64,000 nt of DNA from a virus: the IMG/VR virus record IMGVR_UViG_3300017963_000024, positions 1 to 64,000 of that record; one strand, 5' to 3'. Shown one piece after another: positions 47,707 through 56,484 of this stretch; position 1 is the stretch's first letter, and each line of letters starts with the position of its first letter. A program made the translations under genes and the position numbers. The notes below the pieces were generated by a model, which was given only the letters and a program-made list of their open reading frames with translations, was not told where the DNA came from and made no database searches.

Positions 47707-48021
47707 ATGAAGGCTAAGAGCACACTGGACTTCCTTCCGGGGTACAACCGGAAGAGGATGACAAGGCGGGAAGACTACGACACGAGCAACGAAGCTGCCG
47801 ACAGAGTGTTCACAAAGCTTCGCCCGTTGCAGAAGAGGGTTCTGGCTGCGCTTAGAAAGAAGCCGATGACTGACAGGCAGCTTGAAGCTTTGCCGGAGTT
47901 CGAGGAGTATATGTACTCCACAGTTCGTAAGCGGAGGAGTGAACTTTTCCAAGACGGGCTGGTCGAGAAAGCCGGAAGGGACCCGGAGACTCGAATGACG
48001 ATCTGGAGGGCTGCAAGATGA
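47707..48021 (+). CDS. winged-HTH hypothetical protein
   Basis: DTSNEAA, MTDRQL, STVRKRRSELFQDGLVE. Confidence 0.6.
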   Translation: MKAKSTLDFLPGYNRKRMTRREDYDTSNEAADRVFTKLRPLQKRVLAALRKKPMTDRQLEALPEFEEYMYSTVRKRRSELFQDGLVEKAGRDPETRMTIWRAAR

Positions 48022-49045
48022 GCTTTGAAATCTGGAGGTTCTCCTGCAATTTCCTCCGCCGTGGAGTTTTCATCTTCTTCAGGTTCGGACCTAACAAGAA
48101 GACTGGTGGCTGGATAGATTACAGAAAAGTAATCGGTTTCTATTGGCCTTGGTGGGGTTGGCTGGTCAGACGGGAGGAAAAGCGAAGGAGGCAGAAAGAT
48201 GGGGTATCTATTTCTGACGGCGAAAGACGGTAGTGAAACAATCATCAATCTTTTGCACGTCAAGATGATCTGCACCTCCCGTGAAGGTGGAAGTGAGATC
48301 CGAATGAGCGATGGTGGTTACTACACGACAACCACTTCCGTCAGTGAGTTGAAGAACCAAGTTGTTCAAGCCCTGCGGCAAGCTTTGTTTGGTCTAAGGG
48401 GTGTGTGATGGGCGTCGAATTCGGAGTTGATGGTCACAGTACACAGGACAAGCTTGCCCGAATGACCGAGAAGGCTCGCTTGCTGGACGAGCATCTGGTA
48501 AAAAGGACGGCAGAGAGAAACGCAATCATCTTCGAGATCGAAAGGATGGCCGAGAGCTACAGGGCGGAAGCAAGTGAAAGCTTGAAGGGGGCAGCTAGAT
48601 TGCTGTACGGAACCATCGCCCGTGAACTGGACGGGATAGCCAAACGTTTCAGGGGAGAGTTCAATGTCAGAGCAGTTGAAAGCGGAGTTGGACAAGAGGA
48701 TCAGGGAGAACACGGCACTACGGAGAGAGAATCGGGGAGCGAAACTTCGGATCAAGCATCTGGAGATTGAGAATGAAAGGTTGACGGACAAGCTTCGGGA
48801 TGCTGGACTGGAGCCATGAAGCGTAGAGAGTGGAGGATCGGGATTTCGATGGCTACGTTGGGACAAGTTTTGTGTGGGATTGGTGTCCATGATTACAGGC
48901 TGGACACTTCGTCAGGCTCGCTCGACTCGACTTTCCGTATCTGCAAACGACCGGGTTGCCACCACAAACAACGGTGGGTATCCTACGAGGAACTACCCGA
49001 CCCGCTCTATGGTCGGGCAACAGGAAGATGGGAGGACATAGAGGA

Positions 49046-49165
49046 ATGAAAAAGCTTTGTTTTCTGCTCATTTTCTTTACATTCATGGGCTGCGATGGCA
49101 AGTTCAACCCAATCACCAAGCAGCCTCGTCCGTTGCCAACCGCTGCCGTAGAGGTGCCACAATGA
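49046..49165 (+). CDS. 39-aa putative lipoprotein
   Basis: MKKLCFLLIFFTFMGC lipobox-like signal. Confidence 0.45.
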   Translation: MKKLCFLLIFFTFMGCDGKFNPITKQPRPLPTAAVEVPQ

Positions 49166-49839
49166 GAAAACTTTGTTTGCTGCTGGTTTTTCTGTTTCTT
49201 TTCGGTTGTGGTTCTCTGGCCCACAACAATGCAGACCCACGACCAGACCTCGCCTTGCCTGATCTTTGGGAGGAGCAACCTGCATCCTTCTACTTCGCAC
49301 CTCTGGCAATCGAGGATCACCCCGACAGTGATGTTGTACGGGAGACGGAACGGTCGATCCGCTACCTCAAGAACCACTACCTCCCGTACCTCGGGATGTA
49401 CGAGGACGAGGAGAATCCTGAGATCACGTTCCATACTATCCTGTTCGAGGACAACGACGACATCAACTTCGGGCGAACGTATCACCTAACCAAAGCTTGC
49501 CGAATCGAGTTGAACGAGGACAGGATCAAGGAAGTTCCAGTTCTTTGGGACCGTGCTCTGAAGAACACCTACGTCCACGAAGCGGGTCACTGCCTTGGCC
49601 TTGTTGTCACACCAACAGAGTCGGCCCAAAGATCACCGGGGGACACGCTTAACCATTGCCGTCATTTTGACTGTGCCATGACGATTCGTGGGATTGGCAG
49701 TGACCTCGATCAGTTTCTCGGCTGGCTGGAGAATGTTGGGAGTGACGAGCCAACTTTCTGCCGCCACTGCGAGGAGTATCTAATGAAACGCTTGGAGGAG
49801 AGGCACAATGAGCAGGAGAATGCTTCGGTTGCCCACTGA
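49162..49839 (+). CDS. lipoprotein zinc metalloprotease (metzincin, archaemetzincin-like)
   Basis: MRKLCLLLVFLFLFGC signal; HEAGHCLGL, NHC..CAM Met-turn, FCRHC. Confidence 0.75.
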   Translation: MRKLCLLLVFLFLFGCGSLAHNNADPRPDLALPDLWEEQPASFYFAPLAIEDHPDSDVVRETERSIRYLKNHYLPYLGMYEDEENPEITFHTILFEDNDDINFGRTYHLTKACRIELNEDRIKEVPVLWDRALKNTYVHEAGHCLGLVVTPTESAQRSPGDTLNHCRHFDCAMTIRGIGSDLDQFLGWLENVGSDEPTFCRHCEEYLMKRLEERHNEQENASVAH

Positions 49840-50037
49840 GAACCCCTACCCGTTGGAGGGATCAGCGGCAGTACCGGGAACAAGGGCTAGGGGTACTTTC
49901 ACCAGTGAAGAACTCGTCAAGCAAGTTTTGATGAGGTTGGCCGAGAAAGGCTTTCTGCGTGACGACACAGACGAGCGGCGAGAAGGCATCCTCAAGACGG
50001 TGAGTGAAGTGATGACGATCACAGATTCGGAGGAAGA

Positions 50038-50268
50038 ATGGAAAGGGTTCCTGTCGTAAGCTCGAACATCCACAGCGTCGGGTACGATCCAGACACCGAG
50101 ACGCTTCAAATCCAGTTCAAGACAAAGAACGGAGGACCGGGGTATGTCTACAACTATCCCGGTATTCCAGCCTCAAAACACGAAGATCTGATGACTGCTA
50201 AGTCGAAGGGAAAGTTCTTCGCAATGGAGATCAAGCCTCTCACCAAAGGTGAGCGGATTGAAGAGTAG
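50038..50268 (+). CDS. KTSC domain protein
   Basis: PVVSSNIHSVGYD, LQIQF, YNYPGIP, AKSKGKFF. Confidence 0.9.
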   Translation: MERVPVVSSNIHSVGYDPDTETLQIQFKTKNGGPGYVYNYPGIPASKHEDLMTAKSKGKFFAMEIKPLTKGERIEE

Positions 50269-50272
50269 GAGA

Positions 50273-50367
50273 GTTGGGGTCCCATCGGCATAGCCTGTTG
50301 TGAACCGTGCGTACTTCGACCTACGCCAGCCCGCAACGTGAGTGCTCCGGTAGGGACCCCGACACCA
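50273..50367 (+). ncRNA. candidate tRNA-like RNA (long stem ending in ACCA)
   Basis: GTTGGGGTCCC/GGGACCCCGAC stem followed by ACCA; internal GCGTA-CTTCGACC-TACGC hairpin; not a canonical cloverleaf. Confidence 0.4.
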
Positions 50368-51135
50368 AATTATGACGAACGAACAATTTGAGGAACTTCT
50401 AAACGAGATCAGGATAGGATTCGTGACTCTGAGTTCTGCCACACTGCACGGGTTTGACAATCTGGCGGAGTGCTTCAGAAAGTCACAGCACCAGTGGACT
50501 TCCCCGCATCAACTTGTTGACAAAGCCGAAGCTTTAATGGCAGATGTGAGGAGACACTATGGGACGATCAAAGACTAAGAGCAAGAAGCCGACGCAGGAG
50601 AAGAGGGCTAAGAAGAGGCGTGGCAAGAATCACAACTGATGAAGCCACCGGGACATACGATGTACCACTGTGACACGGGTTTTGCCTGTGGTTCTCTTTG
50701 CCTTGTCGGAGATACAGTTTGTGCCGCCCATTCAGCACCAATCTTTCGGAAGTGGAATGGAACAAGGTACAACAGGACATGGAAGCTCAATCGTTTGGGA
50801 GGAGCGAAAAATGCCAAGAGCCAGTCCGTAGTAAGTCCTCAGAGAAAAATTTCGATCTGAAACCCAAAACCTAAGAGGAGAAAAGCGATGTCTATGAAAG
50901 TTTTGTTAGGAGTTCCTTCCCCCTGTGAGTGTGCGCCCGGATTGGTTGAGAACCTGATCGAGGAAGTGCTCGACGAGTTTGCCTATCCGCCGGGACAGGA
51001 AGACCTTTGGGCTGGAATGTTTCTTTGTGGCGTGCTGATGAGCCGCCAAGACATCCTCGACAAGCTTCCGAAATGGCCCGGTACGGATGTTCCGATGATT
51101 ACCCCTGAGACGGTCAAGATCGGGATTCTCTCGAC

Positions 51136-51960
51136 ATGACCCGCTTTGCGCTTCTGCTGGCTCTGCTTGTCCCGGTGCTGGCCGGGGCGCAGACTTCCAT
51201 CGACGTTAAGGCTGCCGTGGCTCGCGCTGAAAGTGCGGCCATTCGAGCCGAAGTAGCCGCAATCAAGGCCCAGCAAAAATCCACAGTGGCTACAGAGGCA
51301 GCCGAACGTGCCGAAGCGGTTGTCAGAATCATGGAGGTTCCTCCAAAGCTTGAAGTAACTCCAGAGGAGCCTGTAATTACAGAATACACTGCCCCCTTAA
51401 CCTTCGTACCTCGTAGAGCGTCAATGGGCGGAGGAGGGGGAACTGATGCGTGTGGGGTGGACCCCGGAGCCGTTACTACGGACGGCTTCGGGATGTACGA
51501 GATCACGAATATCGAGAGTGGCACGAAGATCAAGCCCTTCAAGGTTGGTGGAACGTGCAACGCAATTTCTGCTCTCGATGCCTCGTGGATTCTGCAATAC
51601 GTGGTCGGAAAGAGGGAGTTCGACTCGTTCCAACTTTTAGCCTGTGACACTACAGGAAATGGTACGTGTTCGTCTCTCGATGCAGCAAAGATTTTACAGT
51701 ACATGGTGGGTAAGATTGACAGGCTCCCCGCTGCTGACCTCTGCTGCTCCGACTGGCTGTTTTGGCCCGTGATTTCGGCTCTTCCCGTTGGTGTGGATCT
51801 TGTGACGGTCGCTCCCAATTTCGCTGGAGGCGTCTGCACGATGGGTTCTGCTGAATATACTTGGGAAGAGCCTCCTCCTGACGGAAGGATCATAGGCCAG
51901 AATTACAAGGGGATCGTGATCGGTGACGTAACCGGAAACTGGCAACCTTGTGAGGAGTAG
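51136..51960 (+). CDS. secreted protein with dockerin-type repeats
   Basis: signal peptide; ISALDASWILQYVVG, CDTTGNGTCSSLDAAKILQYMVG, GDVTGNW. Confidence 0.75.
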   Translation: MTRFALLLALLVPVLAGAQTSIDVKAAVARAESAAIRAEVAAIKAQQKSTVATEAAERAEAVVRIMEVPPKLEVTPEEPVITEYTAPLTFVPRRASMGGGGGTDACGVDPGAVTTDGFGMYEITNIESGTKIKPFKVGGTCNAISALDASWILQYVVGKREFDSFQLLACDTTGNGTCSSLDAAKILQYMVGKIDRLPAADLCCSDWLFWPVISALPVGVDLVTVAPNFAGGVCTMGSAEYTWEEPPPDGRIIGQNYKGIVIGDVTGNWQPCEE

Positions 51961-51962
51961 AG

Positions 51963-52262
51963 ATGAATGTGTTTGTGACCATGCTGATTCAGACCGCTCT
52001 AAAGCTTTTGGGCGAACTCATCGTTGCTTTCATCGAGAATCTTCGGAAGGCAAGGATGGATGATCCCGATCTCGCTGGTGTGGTTCTGAAGATCGTGCAG
52101 GGAATCAACAATGACCACCCTGAGTGGGACAACGAACAGAAATGGCGTTACGCAAAGGACGCCGTCATCCAGTACGGCAAGGGCCTTGGAAAAGATTTCA
52201 AGGATTCGCTCATCAACACGCTGATCGAGCTTGCCGTGCAGAAAGTGAAGCTCAATGGCTAA
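51963..52262 (+). CDS. LL-H-type holin-like protein
   Basis: N-terminal hydrophobic segment; EQKWRYA...LINTLIELAV. Confidence 0.5.
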   Translation: MNVFVTMLIQTALKLLGELIVAFIENLRKARMDDPDLAGVVLKIVQGINNDHPEWDNEQKWRYAKDAVIQYGKGLGKDFKDSLINTLIELAVQKVKLNG

Positions 52263-52960
52263 GAAATGTGGTGGAGGCAAACGGAAGAGGCAGCGCAAGG
52301 GCCAAGGGGCGAAGTGATGAATCACCACATCCATGTCTACTTGGTTGCAGGGTTACGGGAGTATGACTTCAAGGATTGCACCGAGACAGAAGCTCTGCAA
52401 CGCGCTCTCGACAACGCACTGGACGGCAGAAAGAAATTCAAGCAAGCTGACTGTGTAGTTGTCGCGCTCTCTCCTTCTAACCCAGCAAACAAGACACAGT
52501 CGAAACCAAAGGGCGCTCCCGGTTCTGTGTTCTCGACCAGTGATCTCAGAGGAGGATCAAGGTGATGTCCGACGAGACACCAAAAACCCCTGTTGCAATG
52601 GAAGCCGCGTACAAGGAGGTATGCGAGCTTCGTGCAAAGCTTTCTGTGGCTCAAGAGGCTATGGAGGAGCGAGCCAAAGCGCACGACCTGACGAGGCGAG
52701 AGTTGGATCGCGCTGCTACGGTTCGAGACAACCTTAAAGAGCAACTCGACAAGGCTCTGCAAAAGTTTCAGAACGCGACTTTGAAGGCTTGACTTTGGTC
52801 TTGGCTACTTTACCCTAGAGAAGGGTGGATCGCTGTCCGCCTTCCTCCTTGGTGACGGGGGCTAGCCCCCCTTCAGGCCCCCGTCACCAACCCAAACTTG
52901 GATTTTTTAGAACAGGGTGTTGACTTTCATGGGAGAGTTGTGACCAAAATATGCACAATC

Positions 52961-53047
52961 CTCTTTCCCCCTCGTGGGGCGGCCCTGATGGTGGCCGAAG
53001 TTTTGTCCCCCGACCATCAGGGTCGCCCGCCTCGGAGGAAGAGGGGA
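52961..53047 (+). other. long hairpin in the leader of the secreted-protein/packaging operon
   Basis: GGGCGGCCCTGATGGT/ACCATCAGGGTCGCCC stem enclosed by CTCTTTCC/GGAAGAG. Confidence 0.5.
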
Positions 53048-53066
53048 TGAGGAAAGGAGAGAGAGG

Positions 53067-53705
53067 ATGAGAGATCAGAGGTTCTTCGGGGTTCTTACAA
53101 CCCTGATTGTGCTGACGCTTCTTGGGCTTATTCTTCTGGCGTCTCCAACTTACGGTCAGGAAACCCCAACCGACACTCCAACGGACACGCCTACGGAGAC
53201 TCCGACAGAGACTCCAACGGATACGCCTACGGCAACTCCAACAGACACCCCAACCGAAACACCGACACCCACCGACACGCCTACAGAGACTCCAACTGAC
53301 ACTCCAACGGACACGCCTACCGACACACCTACTTCGACGCCAACCAGCACTCCAACAGCAACGCCAACAACCACATCTACGAACACTCCGACACCAACAG
53401 CTAGACCCGCTGGTTTCATGGGACCAATCTCATCGTGTCCAAGTCCTCCTTGTTGCACAAACATCATGGGAGGTCTGACCAAAGGTTTGAAGACGGTTTC
53501 GGTTAAGCAGACAGGCACGGCAACTATGAAAGTGATGTGCCGCGTCTGTGACGACTTCAGTTGCCCGTTTGTGCAGATTGGTTCTGACATTACCGATTCA
53601 GCCGCACTCCTGACCTTTAGTGACTGGTGTTCAGAGTTAAAGCTTTGCGTCGATCCTTACACAGACGGCTCTTCAATGGGATGGGTCCGGTCTACAGGCA
53701 AATAG
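53067..53705 (+). CDS. secreted PT-repeat protein with Cys-rich C-terminal domain
   Basis: signal peptide, about 20 TPT(D/E) repeats. Confidence 0.8.
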   Translation: MRDQRFFGVLTTLIVLTLLGLILLASPTYGQETPTDTPTDTPTETPTETPTDTPTATPTDTPTETPTPTDTPTETPTDTPTDTPTDTPTSTPTSTPTATPTTTSTNTPTPTARPAGFMGPISSCPSPPCCTNIMGGLTKGLKTVSVKQTGTATMKVMCRVCDDFSCPFVQIGSDITDSAALLTFSDWCSELKLCVDPYTDGSSMGWVRSTGK

Positions 53706-53713
53706 GAGAAAGT

Positions 53714-54463
53714 ATGGATATTTTAGCAGCGGCAATGGCCGCTTGGCTCATTGGAGCGCAGGACAAGCCAACCAGAACTCCCCGTCCACAGAGAACTCCA
53801 CGCCCCACCCGTACTCTGAAAGCTGTCCCTACCATTGGAGATAAGGACCACGGGGGCAAAGGAAAGAGTGAGAAGGCCAAGGCGGCAGACAAGAGCAAGA
53901 CGAAGGACATTTGGAACAACGCCAAGCCAGAAGACGCTCCCGGTCAGGTCAAGAAGCTGGCCGAGATCACGCAAATGTGCATGGCGGACAATCCAACAAA
54001 CACTGACAAGTGGGACAGAAAGTGGGGTAATGCCAATGGTCGAGGACGTGTGCTGAAGAAGAGTGGCAAAACTTTGGCTTTCACTACTCTTCCTCCAGCG
54101 TTTGAGGAAAGCGTCAGGAATATCAACGGAAAGATGTACTGCCCGTTCGACATCATTGTTCTCAACACTCAGGAAGCTGACGTTCAGGACGATGGTATTG
54201 CACTCTACAAGACGTTCTCAATGGACGTTGTGGGCGACTTGCAGGGAATGGGCTATGATGGCCTCTACGTCATCACACCAAAGCGCATTGGCGATTCGGA
54301 CGACAAGCTTCCCGGCTACTTTGTGACTCTCGGTGAACTCGGGTTCACTGAGTACGTCTACAAAATGGACGTGGATGGAAATGCAACGAAGTGGCTTTAC
54401 ACGGTTGACTTCAACGAAGTGCAGACAGGGATGATTCTCGATGCGGCGAGAGGAGGGGTGTGA
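53714..54463 (+). CDS. hypothetical protein, possibly exported
   Basis: AGGAG SD before ATG 53714; short hydrophobic N-terminus and RTP repeats. Confidence 0.6.
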   Translation: MDILAAAMAAWLIGAQDKPTRTPRPQRTPRPTRTLKAVPTIGDKDHGGKGKSEKAKAADKSKTKDIWNNAKPEDAPGQVKKLAEITQMCMADNPTNTDKWDRKWGNANGRGRVLKKSGKTLAFTTLPPAFEESVRNINGKMYCPFDIIVLNTQEADVQDDGIALYKTFSMDVVGDLQGMGYDGLYVITPKRIGDSDDKLPGYFVTLGELGFTEYVYKMDVDGNATKWLYTVDFNEVQTGMILDAARGGV

Positions 54464-55629
54464 TGAAGTTGGTCAAATTTTTGCTGACTCTTCTTCTGCT
54501 AGGCTCTCCAGCCTTCGGCCAGATTTGGCCCACTCCCCCTGCTGTAACTCCGACTCCTCAGACTGGTGGCCCTATCGCCGCTGATGTTGTCATGTTTGAG
54601 GGGACGTTCGAGGACACGCTTGAGGTTCTACACTTTTACGAGGGCGAATTCACTCCCGAGACTATCGAACCCACATGGGTTGGTGTATTTCCCTCCAAAG
54701 GTGGTGGCTTAGGCAACCTTACCCGTGCGCTTTATCAGTTGAACCTCTACGACATTGGAGCAGAACCGGGTGACACAATTCTTCAGTGCCTTGTAGGGCT
54801 GGTAACTGAGGAGGTTGGTGTAGGCTTCTCTGACGGCGAGGTTTACAAAACTACAGTTCCTTGGGAGCCTGTGCCGGGGCCTACATGGTGGACGGCTGCT
54901 GGGGATATAGTAAAGCTTTATGGTTTTTACGAAGATCCTGGCATTATAGAGGATGCGGGATTTGAAATGACGCCTCCTCTTCCTTTTGGTGCAACAGACC
55001 CCGGTTGGCCCACCTCAACGATTGGGGACTCGACCGTCATCTACCGCTCGCCTTATACGAACCTTCGGACGTGGGAAACTTCGGGAGGTGACTGGACTGT
55101 TACCGATGGAATTACTGGCATCGTTTGTGACACGGTCGATGAGTGGCTAATCCTTGATGTTCTGCCTTGGTGCAAGGACGCGGTTGAAGGTGGTGGAAAC
55201 GGGGTTGTGCAATTCATTTTCAAACGTGCCTCAGAGGATGTAACCGCAGGGGTGTGTGGCTACTCTGGAACAGACCACGCGGACGAGAGCCGCCATCCAG
55301 TCTTCGGCCTCAGTCTTCTTCGTGGTTCTGGTTTTGGACAGGTCGAAACGTGCTCGTCTGCTCCGTGCGCTTCTCCCCGAAAGCTTACAGGAGCAACTGT
55401 TGGACGAAAGACTATATCCATCAACAACGAAGAGGGAGCCTCAGTTTCGGTCTATTGCCGGATCAGCAGTGAATTTGCCGCCCCTCCCGTTGTGATCGAC
55501 AGCACAACGACTTCCGAAAACATTGTCTTCGATGATTGGTGCGAGGAAGTCTGGTACGAAGTAACGGCTACGTGCGATCCTTGCAATGTCACAGCTACTC
55601 TACGGATCGACAAAGGAGCTTGTTTGTAA
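54460..55629 (+). CDS. secreted acidic beta-rich protein (DNRLRE-like) with Cys-rich C-terminal domain
   Basis: signal peptide; WETSGGDW, LDVLPW, SGTDHADESRHP. Confidence 0.6.
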   Translation: MMKLVKFLLTLLLLGSPAFGQIWPTPPAVTPTPQTGGPIAADVVMFEGTFEDTLEVLHFYEGEFTPETIEPTWVGVFPSKGGGLGNLTRALYQLNLYDIGAEPGDTILQCLVGLVTEEVGVGFSDGEVYKTTVPWEPVPGPTWWTAAGDIVKLYGFYEDPGIIEDAGFEMTPPLPFGATDPGWPTSTIGDSTVIYRSPYTNLRTWETSGGDWTVTDGITGIVCDTVDEWLILDVLPWCKDAVEGGGNGVVQFIFKRASEDVTAGVCGYSGTDHADESRHPVFGLSLLRGSGFGQVETCSSAPCASPRKLTGATVGRKTISINNEEGASVSVYCRISSEFAAPPVVIDSTTTSENIVFDDWCEEVWYEVTATCDPCNVTATLRIDKGACL

Positions 55630-56207
55630 TGTCTAAGGGGGCTAAACCCAAAGTGAGTGCGGAAGTTCCCTCCGCTCATGGAGGGAAACGCCCCGGTGCT
55701 GGCCGACCAAGAGGCTCAAAGAACGCACCAAGGCCCACTGCTAGTTCACTTGCTAAGATGTCACGTCGGGAAGCTCGTGAAAAATTTAAGGAGCTTCTCG
55801 AACCAGTTGAGCGCGCCGCAGCAGTGAGGCTCACTCAAATCTTGCTAAAGGAAACAAAGGATCGACCAGACCTCGCGCTGGAAGCGTGTCGGTTGGTGTT
55901 TGAGTTCCGTCAGGGCAAACCGGCTCCGATGGAGTGGCTGGACGAGATGCCAGAAGGACTTGTGTCCGGGCAACAGCAACCTCAGATCGGACAACAAGCG
56001 AACATTGGCGTCCTGATGATCGGGGGAAACGAAGAGGAGTACAAAGAAGGTCTTCGTATGCTCCGAATGAAGATGAGGGGAACTGCCGAGCCTCAACAGG
56101 TTGACCTCTCCAAGATTCCTCCACCCCTTCCAGCCCCCGTGCAGTCCGACGTTGTGGACGTAACTCCTGAAGAGGAGTCAGAAGCGACGGGAACCGATGG
56201 CGACTAA
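55629..56207 (+). CDS. terS: putative terminase small subunit
   Basis: HGGKRPGAGRPRGSKN motif; upstream of TerL. Confidence 0.65.
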   Translation: MSKGAKPKVSAEVPSAHGGKRPGAGRPRGSKNAPRPTASSLAKMSRREAREKFKELLEPVERAAAVRLTQILLKETKDRPDLALEACRLVFEFRQGKPAPMEWLDEMPEGLVSGQQQPQIGQQANIGVLMIGGNEEEYKEGLRMLRMKMRGTAEPQQVDLSKIPPPLPAPVQSDVVDVTPEEESEATGTDGD

Positions 56208-56484
56208 CGACGTTGATTTCAAGTTTACTTGGAAGATTCTCTCTTGGCCTGAACAGGAAGAAGGCTTTCTAACAAAGCTTTTTGATCCTGATCGCCTTGG
56301 ATTTCCTCTCGATCCTGACGAGAAGATTACTTCCGAGCGTATTAGAAGAGCCTTGGAATCTCCTCAATTCCGAGATGAGTTCAGACGGAACTTGAATGAG
56401 ATTGTGGAGGAAACGGCTAGAAAGATATTTCGAGAAGCTTTGGAAAAGGGTTTTACGGCCATTGAGCTAGAGCCAACACCATGA
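56197..56484 (+). CDS. hypothetical protein
   Basis: overlaps both neighbouring genes. Confidence 0.5.
   Translation: MATNDVDFKFTWKILSWPEQEEGFLTKLFDPDRLGFPLDPDEKITSERIRRALESPQFRDEFRRNLNEIVEETARKIFREALEKGFTAIELEPTP

Noticed and set aside
47197-47717. Programmed frameshift between overlapping ORFs 47197..47514 and 47427..47717
   Set aside because: No slippery site recognised; a simple overlap or recombination scar explains it.
50273-50367. Canonical tRNA gene
   Set aside because: No T arm adjacent to the acceptor stem and no anticodon arm; kept only as a tRNA-like candidate.
53156-53590. VGVS-repeat minus-strand ORF
   Set aside because: Reverse complement of the PT repeats.
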